From Pseudobacteriovorax sp. (GTDB taxonomy: Bacteria; Bdellovibrionota_B; Oligoflexia; Oligoflexales; Oligoflexaceae): a DNA stretch of 34,031 bases. How positions within the stretch are numbered: position 1 is the first letter of the stretch; each line of letters starts with the position of its first letter. This document shows positions 9,182-17,372 of this stretch, one piece after another. A model generated the notes under the pieces. That model saw nothing but the letters and a program-made list of their open reading frames with translations, had not been told where the DNA came from and made no database searches. A program made the translations under genes and the position numbers. The DNA is taken from the NCBI GenBank assembly GCA_050293845.1, contig JBNKNM010000043.1, positions 1-34,031 on the forward strand. Reading direction: 5' to 3'.

Positions 9182-9611
9182 CACTTAATCCTCCTAATAT
9201 TCTTTTGATACCTTTTACTGTATTTCAGATAAGATATCAACACCACTCGTATTCTACCCAATTAAGAAATATCCTTCTCTATTGATACTAAACCCCGTAC
9301 TGACGAGTATAATGTGGGTTTATCACCCTGCTCTTGCTGATCACGACTGTAGACGAGGGCAGACGGCTTCGCTTCATCTGCCTTCGTGTAGCGAAGCCTG
9401 TGTTTTATCCAGTTGTTTCTCAGAGTAAACTTTGTTAGGCAGCTGGTCTCGTATTGTAAGTGCAGCGTCGGCGACTAATCTGATGATCGACTGGATGGTA
9501 GAATGGCGAATTTCACCCTCGATGTCATCCAGCTTCGCAATAACCATTACAAGAATTCTATTGTTCCAGAATCAAAGTGAGCACACTTCTCGCTGAGTTT
9601 TAGAATTCCAA

Positions 9612-9719
9612 GTATGGGTGAAGACCCAACCCTGGTTCATCAATAATTATAGTATTTGGAGGGTCAGCTTGTAGAAGTACGGTGGCCAAGTAATTAAATC
9701 TTATAGTTCCGTCAGATAA
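9612..9719 (-). pseudogene. Fragment of an ABC/AAA_21-type ATPase (signature + Walker B)
   Basis: Minus strand reads LSDGTIRFNYLATVLLQADPPNTIIIDEPGLGLHPY, matching SDGT...IIIDEPELGLHP. It is bounded by stops and has no start. Confidence 0.75.
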
Positions 9720-9797
9720 CTAACTTGATGCATATGCTCGACACGATTATTTTTAAGAATATAGCACCAGATCCAGCTTTCGCTTTAGAAATCATCA

Positions 9798-9827
9798 GCA
9801 AGCTGTCCCTTAAATAAGACAGCTTGC
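9798..9827 (-). terminator. Stem-loop downstream of the three-lipoprotein operon
   Basis: Perfect 10-bp inverted repeat GCAAGCTGTC/GACAGCTTGC about 20 nt after the stop at 9849. The U-tract is weak. Confidence 0.5.
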
Positions 9828-9848
9828 GAGAGATGAATGGCAGATTTT

Positions 9849-12050
9849 TTATTTTCTGACACAGTTCCACGTAATGTCGAAAAAAGTACATTCATAGCCG
9901 TTGGCAACGATGGTCAAATTAGGTGACCCTATAATCGACAAGGCTTGCAGACTAATGTCGCTGATATCGAGAATTTTCAAATCATCTGCAACGATGAGTG
10001 CCCCATCCAGGGTATCCCAGGGGTTATAGGCTAATACTAACTCGTCCACAGTGATAAATGATAGATCGTTGGGTACCTCAAAAAGGTCGTTGTCGGATAG
10101 GTCAATCCTTGTCAGGCTAGCCCAGGGTAAATCTCGCATTAGCTCAACATCAGAAATGCGGTTACCAGATAGGTCCAGTTGCTCTAGACGGTTAACAATA
10201 TCCTGATCAACTATACCATCTGGATTTGGTGTGGTTTGATCCTCAAGACCTTCAAATGAACTGATTAGATTGTTTCTAGCAACTATTGTCTTCAACTTAG
10301 GTAGGCTTCTTAGGGGCGAAAGGGTCGCGATCTTAAAGTCATCAGAAGCGTTGGCATCAAAGCTTAGATCGACATAGTCAAAGCCTTCAAGGCCGACGGC
10401 ATCATGATAGATACCACACAAATTTCTGAATTCCTGCTCTGTAGGCTGGTCGAATATCGTTTCGATATCGCTGTTCCCAGAAATCATAGCAGCAATTCGT
10501 TCTCTGATAGACTTTGATCTAGTGGGATCGTCCTCTTCGATCAGCTGATCTAGATTGAGCTCTAAGAGGCAGGTCTGATTTGAATCATAGTTACAGATGA
10601 GTTGATCCTTGATGAAGTTTTTAACCTTCTGATAACTAAGCCTTTCATCTAATGATAAGAGCCGAGATGTGTTCGACAGCAGGCACCATTCGACGAAAGT
10701 TTCTGGTCGTGGATCGAGTACCTTTTGATCGATAGCAAGATCGCCTCGATAGTACTTTGTGAAAAGGTCGTCCACTGCATCAGAACATACAGCAACAGGC
10801 TCCCGAAAGTTTCTGACCGAAAGTACATGGGACCAACAAACCTGATAAGTCTTTTCAGCAAGTGCTATGGCTTGGCTATTAAGTCGAATAGCTTCCTGGA
10901 GACGCTGACTGAATTCTTTGGAAAGAAACAATTCTAGATTGTTGCTAATATCATTCAGTCGGGATTCCTCGAGGGAAATATCACCGTAAATAGTGAGGAA
11001 CTTTCGACGTTGATGGTTGAGTTGGGCTTTAGCCTCGGCGAGGTTTTGTAGCTGGTGATCACTTGGCCGTACCAAAGACGCAATGCCACCGAGTGGGTAG
11101 GTTTGCGTTGTGATCTGAATTGGCGCGAGACTCTTTAAGATCGTCTCATCAAAGCTGATATTCCGGGCATGGTCCATAATACGACGGTAGGCGTCGAAGC
11201 AAACCTTGCGGCTATCGAAACCACATTGAAGAAAGGGCTGGTATTCACCTTCATCACCCGAATTTATGCCAGCGAAAGTCTTCAGTAGGCCAACAGGTTT
11301 GCCACCCCGTTGAAACACAGCTAGCTCAACTTTTAGTTCACGACTTAACTTTTCCCGCTCATACTCGGTGGAAGATTTAATATCGACGACTCCCCGAAGC
11401 ACTTCTGCTCCGAGCATTCCCGAGTAGGCATTTTTATCTTGACGAGAGCTATAAGAGATTTTCAAGACAGCAAGAAGGTTGATGCCTTTCTCGATCATGG
11501 CAACGTATTGGTCGCCACACATGGCACTTAAAGCCTGCTCTTTTTCAGCTTCAGTGTAAGATTCGTCCGCCAACATGCGAGAAACCAGAGGCGCAAGTGA
11601 AATACTATCGTCTGTGATATCCTCAAAATAGACTCTTTCTTGCTCTACCTTTCCCTGGTAGTGCAGGACGAAGGTTTCTGAAAAATCGTTACTAGCATAG
11701 TCATTGGCAAAGCCCACACCACCTTTGGCCATGATTCCTGGGTAGACTGGTACACCAATCTCAATACTTCCCGATAAGTGATCTTTGAGTTCTTCACCAG
11801 AAAGGTCGTGATAGAACTTTAGACTGCCCTCGTTAATGGGAATTCTCCTAGTGGGGAGCTGGCCCAAGCAATGATTGCCAGTCACCTCCCCTTTAATGGA
11901 ATCAAAGCCCAGGCCTAGGGAGTTCATCGTTCCCGATCCCTCATGAACTTCATGAAGGTTGGAGGTCCCCCCCTGAGGGGCCCTACCGCAGGCGAATGCG
12001 GTAAGGGTAAGAGCGAGCACTCCTAGTAGATGACCATAGTGTTTGTTCAT
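9849..12050 (-). CDS. Lipoprotein, MACPF/CDC-like N-terminal domain + helical linker + C-terminal LRR (component C)
   Basis: Likely start ATG 12050, lipobox AFAC. Motifs LGLGFDS..C, CGDQYV, FQRGG. Cap PETFVEWC. LRRs LEQLDLSGNRISDV and LTRIDLSDNDL. The MACPF-like call is inferred from motifs. Confidence 0.65.
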   Translation of the reverse strand: MNKHYGHLLGVLALTLTAFACGRAPQGGTSNLHEVHEGSGTMNSLGLGFDSIKGEVTGNHCLGQLPTRRIPINEGSLKFYHDLSGEELKDHLSGSIEIGVPVYPGIMAKGGVGFANDYASNDFSETFVLHYQGKVEQERVYFEDITDDSISLAPLVSRMLADESYTEAEKEQALSAMCGDQYVAMIEKGINLLAVLKISYSSRQDKNAYSGMLGAEVLRGVVDIKSSTEYEREKLSRELKVELAVFQRGGKPVGLLKTFAGINSGDEGEYQPFLQCGFDSRKVCFDAYRRIMDHARNISFDETILKSLAPIQITTQTYPLGGIASLVRPSDHQLQNLAEAKAQLNHQRRKFLTIYGDISLEESRLNDISNNLELFLSKEFSQRLQEAIRLNSQAIALAEKTYQVCWSHVLSVRNFREPVAVCSDAVDDLFTKYYRGDLAIDQKVLDPRPETFVEWCLLSNTSRLLSLDERLSYQKVKNFIKDQLICNYDSNQTCLLELNLDQLIEEDDPTRSKSIRERIAAMISGNSDIETIFDQPTEQEFRNLCGIYHDAVGLEGFDYVDLSFDANASDDFKIATLSPLRSLPKLKTIVARNNLISSFEGLEDQTTPNPDGIVDQDIVNRLEQLDLSGNRISDVELMRDLPWASLTRIDLSDNDLFEVPNDLSFITVDELVLAYNPWDTLDGALIVADDLKILDISDISLQALSIIGSPNLTIVANGYECTFFDITWNCVRK

Positions 12051-12085
12051 AACTGGAACCTTAAAGTAACAAGTATTAACATTTA

Positions 12086-14167
12086 TTAAAAACAAAAAAC
12101 CTCAAAATTATCTGGTAATGGCACAGGACAGGTTGCTGTAAATACTGTTCCAAGCTTAGGAAACTTATCTTTTAAGCTTTGTAGGGAGTCGAAATCGACC
12201 GGTACTTCCGTTCCATCAATGAACAGAGTTTCTAACCTTGGTAAATTTTCCAAACCTTCTAACGAGTCCAGGTATTCATTAGCGTTTAGGTTAAGATCTT
12301 TCAAATACTTTGCCCCTGAGAGAGACCACATAATATCATCAGCGATCAAGCCATTATTTGATAAATTAAGATTACGTACTTTAGATGAGCCAAGGCCAGT
12401 CAAATTACCGACTCTGGCTTTATTGAGATCCAGCTCTTCAAGGAATTTGAGTTTGGCTAGGGGGAGCGTATCTGAAATGTAGTTATTACTCAAAACAACT
12501 TTATTGAGGTAGGGGAGTGAAGCAATAGGCTCTACATTGAAAATATAGGAGTCCGATAATACTAATTCTGTGATCCTGCCTGCTTGGGCTGACAGTGATT
12601 CGCATACTAAACTTGCTGGCGAGTTTGCAGGTGGTTCTTGTCCTTCTTCCACAGAACTTATATCTATTTCAATACCTAATAATAACTCAACGATTTTCTG
12701 AAAGGTATGCCGAGCCTCAGGGCCTAGTACCGTGTTGGCGATGGCGTAGCCATTTTCATTCCTGACATGATACCAGGTCTTGAACTTTTCACACCAATCA
12801 AGAAAATTTTGGGGAATGATAGCGAGAGCGGTGGGGTCGTAACTGATCTGATTACCGTTATCGGCGACATCGCTGGCAAGCTGTCTTTTGGTGTCTTGAA
12901 TTGCCTTTTCACATTGAGCTGAATCGTCTACAATATCGTAGCAGTAGCGACCTGAGCTAAGAATAACGTCGATGCGGTTTGCGATGACATCTGCGATCTC
13001 GATGACTTTGGCTCTTTCGTTGGCATCGCTGATAAGACCTGAATCCAGTAGTAATCGAGCGCGATTGAGAGCGGCTTCTTCTTCAAGGTAACGCAGTCCC
13101 AAGGTGGTTCTATGGGCATTGATCGTCTGTAATACATCTTCTGTTGGCTTCTTACCATTCCAACCGGGGTAGGCCATGGTATAGGGACTGTAGTCGTAAT
13201 CCACAGTTATGAAGCGATCAGGATCCAAGGAGCCGTCAGCCTTAGCAAATTGACTAGGAAAATTATTGACAGCATAATCAATCACATTCTCCCAAGCGTC
13301 CAAACACTTGGTTTTATCTTTCGCTGAACATTCTAAAATGTCATAAGCGCGATCATTTTGTTCTTCCAATTCCCCAGACACATCTGGATCTTCATCTGAA
13401 CTACCACCAAGCACCTTAGGTAATGCAGTAGCATTTCCTCCCATTTGATAAACAGAAAGGGAGATACTAGCTTTTTCTGAAACATTCTCTAAAGCTACTT
13501 TTAATTCACCGGCAATGTCGAAATCGGAAGCTGCTATCGCTAATTGGCCCTGAAACTTATCTTTGTCGGTTTCATTTGCAAACTCAAACTTCATCACCGC
13601 AACAAAATTTGCCATAAGGCGTTTTCCAGAAACGAATCCGGTACCGCAAGCTTCCGTCATTTCCAATGCAGATGCCCGAGGAATCTCTTTACCTGCATCG
13701 TCAACTTCGTGCCCCACAAGATATTTGCCGTAATCATTGAGGGTTGGGAGGGATTGGTAGTCAAGGCTGTAGGAGCCAGCCTGCTGATCGATAGCTAAAA
13801 CATAAGTTGCAGAATAGGTCGATGCCCGATTGTTGTTTACGAAATCAATGCTACCGCTAGCACTGACCGACTCGAGTGACAAATCTGCAGAGCCACCTCC
13901 AGACATCAAGTCAATTAGCTCTTCAAAGCCTGAATCCTGTTTGTATATCACAGAGCCGATTCTAGGCGGAGTGAAGATAATATTATCTGAACTGGTGCTA
14001 ATACAGGAGGTATTGGTGTAAGTATCGGTGTAGCTGTTGTAGCCCTCGCCAATTTGCGGTTCAGCAGCCTTGCTGCCTACTAGTTTGCTGGACTTGTCAC
14101 TGCTGCAGCCAAACAGGAAGGCACCTGCGCTTAGCCCAAGTAGGACATGTTTTACTTTAATTCTCAT
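12086..14167 (-). CDS. Lipoprotein, MACPF/CDC-like N-terminal domain + helical linker + C-terminal LRR (component B)
   Basis: Likely start ATG 14167 after GGAG, lipobox LFGC. Motifs IGEGYNS..C, CGTGFV, YQMGG. Cap PQNFLDWC. Internalin-like LRRs LNKVVLSNNYISD, LEELDLNKA, LKDLNLNAN. Confidence 0.65.
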   Translation of the reverse strand: MRIKVKHVLLGLSAGAFLFGCSSDKSSKLVGSKAAEPQIGEGYNSYTDTYTNTSCISTSSDNIIFTPPRIGSVIYKQDSGFEELIDLMSGGGSADLSLESVSASGSIDFVNNNRASTYSATYVLAIDQQAGSYSLDYQSLPTLNDYGKYLVGHEVDDAGKEIPRASALEMTEACGTGFVSGKRLMANFVAVMKFEFANETDKDKFQGQLAIAASDFDIAGELKVALENVSEKASISLSVYQMGGNATALPKVLGGSSDEDPDVSGELEEQNDRAYDILECSAKDKTKCLDAWENVIDYAVNNFPSQFAKADGSLDPDRFITVDYDYSPYTMAYPGWNGKKPTEDVLQTINAHRTTLGLRYLEEEAALNRARLLLDSGLISDANERAKVIEIADVIANRIDVILSSGRYCYDIVDDSAQCEKAIQDTKRQLASDVADNGNQISYDPTALAIIPQNFLDWCEKFKTWYHVRNENGYAIANTVLGPEARHTFQKIVELLLGIEIDISSVEEGQEPPANSPASLVCESLSAQAGRITELVLSDSYIFNVEPIASLPYLNKVVLSNNYISDTLPLAKLKFLEELDLNKARVGNLTGLGSSKVRNLNLSNNGLIADDIMWSLSGAKYLKDLNLNANEYLDSLEGLENLPRLETLFIDGTEVPVDFDSLQSLKDKFPKLGTVFTATCPVPLPDNFEVFCF

Positions 14168-14180
14168 GAATGACTCCAAT

Positions 14181-15662
14181 TTAATTGTTTTGCCCAAGGC
14201 ACATTGCACTTAGTCGTTGATTAATATCATGATTCAGCCCTTTAGCTCTTTCACTGCCAAATAAACGAGTTGAGCATTCTGCTAAGATTAAACCCAGATC
14301 ATTATTGTTCTGGTTTGATCTTTTCGATTCGATGATAGCTTCATAAATCCGAGTTTCGCAGGAGTGAACTACAGTCTCCACATCTGTCAGAACGCGATCG
14401 TTTTGGTTAACCAAAAGGCTCACCCGCTCTAAGAGAGGAGTGGCATCATCGAACTCTTTATATACGTCGCAAAACTCCTGATTGTTTCTACTAGCCTGGT
14501 CCTTAGCTTCTTGATGAGCTTTTTCCAAGGCACTAATATAGGCCTGCTGCGTGTTGGCAAGTATATTTTTATAGCTAAGGTTACCACTGTATAAGCGAAC
14601 AAAATCATCTTTCATTGCTGTCAGCTTTTGTGAAAATGGTCGTACTTTTGCGGGAATGGAAAGCTCAAGCTGATTAAATTCAGGATAACCAAAGTTAATG
14701 TATGGTCGGGTATGAATCCTAAGGGGTACGAGACCACTTAAGTCATCTGATAATTTCGCTTGTTCAATTTGCTCGGAAAATTCCTCGAAAGCATAGGTCG
14801 TCAGTTGCCTGTAGTCGGCTAGGCAAGGTTCGAACTCTTCCCCTAAAGTTTGTTCCTTTGCACCAAATCCTTCGCGCTTGATTTGTTGAGCTTGAGAGCC
14901 ATTGACAAAGCAGCCACTGCTAAGCTCATTGGTAATTTGCTGATACCGACGGTTATCGCCACCCTCCTGGATGAAGATCACCTTAACGTCTGCAACAAGC
15001 TTGGCCAAACTGGTACTTTCAGAGTCATGAAAATCGAGTATCTTACTACCCGTTATCTTGTCCTTGACTTGCACACGATATGCGAAAGTTTGCTTCATCT
15101 CCTTGGAGTGAAACGAAAACTCGAGCCCAATATGAATTCTCGCCCCATAATCGATCTGATAGACGAGTTCGTCACCGCAGGTGATGAGGCGATCCACAGC
15201 ATCAAGGCCCTGGCTTACCTGTCCTAGCTGGGTAATTGTTGGCTTGTTTAACGTTGCGGTACCCACCTCATAGGAGAACATCGTATAGTAAGAAGTTTTC
15301 AGATCAGAATCGGCCAAGCTATTAGCAATACTAATTGATGCCTTGAGATTACCGAGACCACCAACACTTTGTTTCACGCTACCGCCCACTTGCAGTTTGT
15401 CAGTAACTGACTGGAATGATTCTGAGTATCCGCCATCTAAATTGGCCCTTGAGCTTGGCAAAAGCTTAATGCGATCAAGGCTTCCTTTCAAACACGGTCC
15501 CGTAGCGAGAAACTCTCCAGTGAAAGAGTTATAGCCCCCTCCCAATTGCACCCGCTGCTCAGGTTTTCCGGGAACGATGGTCGTTATTTGGCTCGTTTCT
15601 TTCTTGGTACATCCGAAGACGATAATTATATAAGTAAATAATTTTAGGTAGTTAGTAACCAT
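14181..15662 (-). CDS. Lipoprotein, MACPF/CDC-like domain + helical tail, no LRR (component A)
   Basis: Lipobox VFGC, RBS AAGGA. Motifs LGGGYNS..C, CGDELV, IQEGG are shared with the two downstream paralogs. Confidence 0.6.
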   Translation of the reverse strand: MVTNYLKLFTYIIIVFGCTKKETSQITTIVPGKPEQRVQLGGGYNSFTGEFLATGPCLKGSLDRIKLLPSSRANLDGGYSESFQSVTDKLQVGGSVKQSVGGLGNLKASISIANSLADSDLKTSYYTMFSYEVGTATLNKPTITQLGQVSQGLDAVDRLITCGDELVYQIDYGARIHIGLEFSFHSKEMKQTFAYRVQVKDKITGSKILDFHDSESTSLAKLVADVKVIFIQEGGDNRRYQQITNELSSGCFVNGSQAQQIKREGFGAKEQTLGEEFEPCLADYRQLTTYAFEEFSEQIEQAKLSDDLSGLVPLRIHTRPYINFGYPEFNQLELSIPAKVRPFSQKLTAMKDDFVRLYSGNLSYKNILANTQQAYISALEKAHQEAKDQASRNNQEFCDVYKEFDDATPLLERVSLLVNQNDRVLTDVETVVHSCETRIYEAIIESKRSNQNNNDLGLILAECSTRLFGSERAKGLNHDINQRLSAMCLGQNN

Positions 15663-15710
15663 AAGTTTTTCCTTAACTTCAGTACACTAGTTAGGAGTGT
15701 CGGGAATAGA

Positions 15711-15747
15711 AAATATTGCAGTACTATATAAAAAATCTGCAATATTT
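15711..15747. promoter_or_regulatory. Perfect 11-bp inverted repeat in the divergent intergenic region (candidate operator)
   Basis: AAATATTGCAG (15711-15721), 15-nt spacer, CTGCAATATTT (15737-15747). Confidence 0.45.
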
Positions 15748-15819
15748 ATGTGGGTGGCCTGTCATAGCCTTGTAGATTGCTAATAAGATCAGAACTTACA
15801 AGTAATAAAGGACAATAAA

Positions 15820-17277
15820 ATGTATATTAGATACCTTATAGCGACAACGGCTTTAGTCATCCTGGGCGGGGTTCAAGCCCAAGGGAAATGCAACCACTAC
15901 TCTGGACGTACAGGTACACCAGCTTTTGGCAGCGACAATATTCAGAGGATCTGCCAGCAGAGAATGGCGGGCAGCGGCTACACGAATACTGACAATGTGG
16001 AGTGTGAAAATAACCGAATCGATCGTACTATCGATGCCATCTTAGAAAAAGCCCATAGCATTATTGCTGACAAAAGCCAGGGTACTATTACTACTGCCAA
16101 TTGCGCTGATTTAGTGAGACAAAATTTTTTCACAGATGTAAACCTCGATTTGCGGGGCATCGAAGTGGATGTTCGTGTCTTAAAGCGAATTGATAATCTT
16201 ACAAGCTTAAATCTTTCTAATACGCTGTTAACCAATAAAGATTTAGAGTATTTAGGTTCCAACTCTCCTAGAACAAATCTACACTTAAGATCTTTGACAT
16301 CAATCAATGTTTCTGACAATGATATTACTAGCCTTGAGGGTTTACTAGCGGGCTATCCTAATCTTGGGACGATCGATGCCAGCGATAACAACATAAAATC
16401 ATTGCCTAATGTAGATCCTGCAGCAAATCTTAGCTATTATCGAAAAATATCCGTCCTTAAGCTTGCAAATAACCCACAGCTAAGCGATAGCGGCATCCAG
16501 GCCCTAATGGGATATGGAGTTAACTTAGTGTACTTAGATGTTTCTAAAACCAGTGTGCGCAGCTTAATAGACATCAGCAAACCTAGCAGGGTCAAATCCC
16601 TATCTTTTCTGACAATGAACGGCAACGATTTTTCAGGAGCCGCACCTTTGCCTCTTAATATGTTACCCAAACTATCCTATTTAAGTATTAGGGAATCTAA
16701 AGGCTTCGATATGTCTGCCTTCAATAATATCAGTAGCCACCAAACACTTTATCTCATCAATTTAAGTGACAGTGCTGTTGCCAATGCCGGTTCTGGGGTG
16801 GATTTTAGCGGATTCAGTGCGTTAGGTTATCTTATTTTAGAAAACGTTTCCGGCCTTTCCAAGGTTTCTGGTGGCGATGTCAAAGGAATCTCAATTTACG
16901 ACACCACTACCGACCTCGACTTTGGTGTCGTGGGATCTATTGATAACCGCGGTTCGACGGACCAACCAAAAGGGAACACGATTACTGTCAGTTCTAGTCC
17001 TTATGTAATGGATCAAAGCAACGCCTCAAGAGCCAAGTATGGTGACAATCTTTCTGCCCTGCTTGATGAAGAGTATTGTCGAGTTCGTGACAGCAACGGT
17101 CTATGTATAGAAAATGCTTATGAATGCCATGATGACCTCAGCTTAATCTATCGGGGTGACGGTCAATTAAACACTGCAAGCTGTGGCAGCAATGATTTGT
17201 TCGATCAAAGTTCGAACATCGTCGTAACTCAAGGGACTCAAGTTCAATTTTACTCACCCTTAAAATCGATACCTTGA
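15820..17277 (+). CDS. Secreted leucine-rich-repeat protein with Cys-containing N-cap
   Basis: Sec signal peptide (..VQA-QG). LRRs LTSLNLSNT, LTSINVSDNDITSL, LGTIDASDNNIKSL, LKLANNPQL, LVYLDVSKT. Cys-rich C-terminus. RBS AAGGA. Confidence 0.85.
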   Translation: MYIRYLIATTALVILGGVQAQGKCNHYSGRTGTPAFGSDNIQRICQQRMAGSGYTNTDNVECENNRIDRTIDAILEKAHSIIADKSQGTITTANCADLVRQNFFTDVNLDLRGIEVDVRVLKRIDNLTSLNLSNTLLTNKDLEYLGSNSPRTNLHLRSLTSINVSDNDITSLEGLLAGYPNLGTIDASDNNIKSLPNVDPAANLSYYRKISVLKLANNPQLSDSGIQALMGYGVNLVYLDVSKTSVRSLIDISKPSRVKSLSFLTMNGNDFSGAAPLPLNMLPKLSYLSIRESKGFDMSAFNNISSHQTLYLINLSDSAVANAGSGVDFSGFSALGYLILENVSGLSKVSGGDVKGISIYDTTTDLDFGVVGSIDNRGSTDQPKGNTITVSSSPYVMDQSNASRAKYGDNLSALLDEEYCRVRDSNGLCIENAYECHDDLSLIYRGDGQLNTASCGSNDLFDQSSNIVVTQGTQVQFYSPLKSIP

Positions 17278-17299
17278 GTTCATTTTCTATATCACCCAT

Positions 17300-17321
17300 A
17301 GGAGCTTCGGCTCCTTTTTTT
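17300..17321 (+). terminator. Rho-independent terminator
   Basis: GGAGC-TTCG-GCTCC stem-loop followed by T7, about 23 nt after the LRR gene stop. Confidence 0.9.
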
Positions 17322-17372
17322 GTGCAATACTTTTCCAGCTTCTGTTTCATGGAAAGGTATGCAGGAGGTCTC

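Noticed and set aside
9374..9547. 57-codon minus-strand ORF (MVIAKLDDIEGEIRH...)
   Set aside because: No RBS and no recognisable motif, and it lies among decayed fragments.
17274..17372. ORF-track N-terminal extension of the 595-aa protein
   Set aside because: It runs through a clear terminator. ATG 17373 has GGAGG and gives a proper lipoprotein signal.
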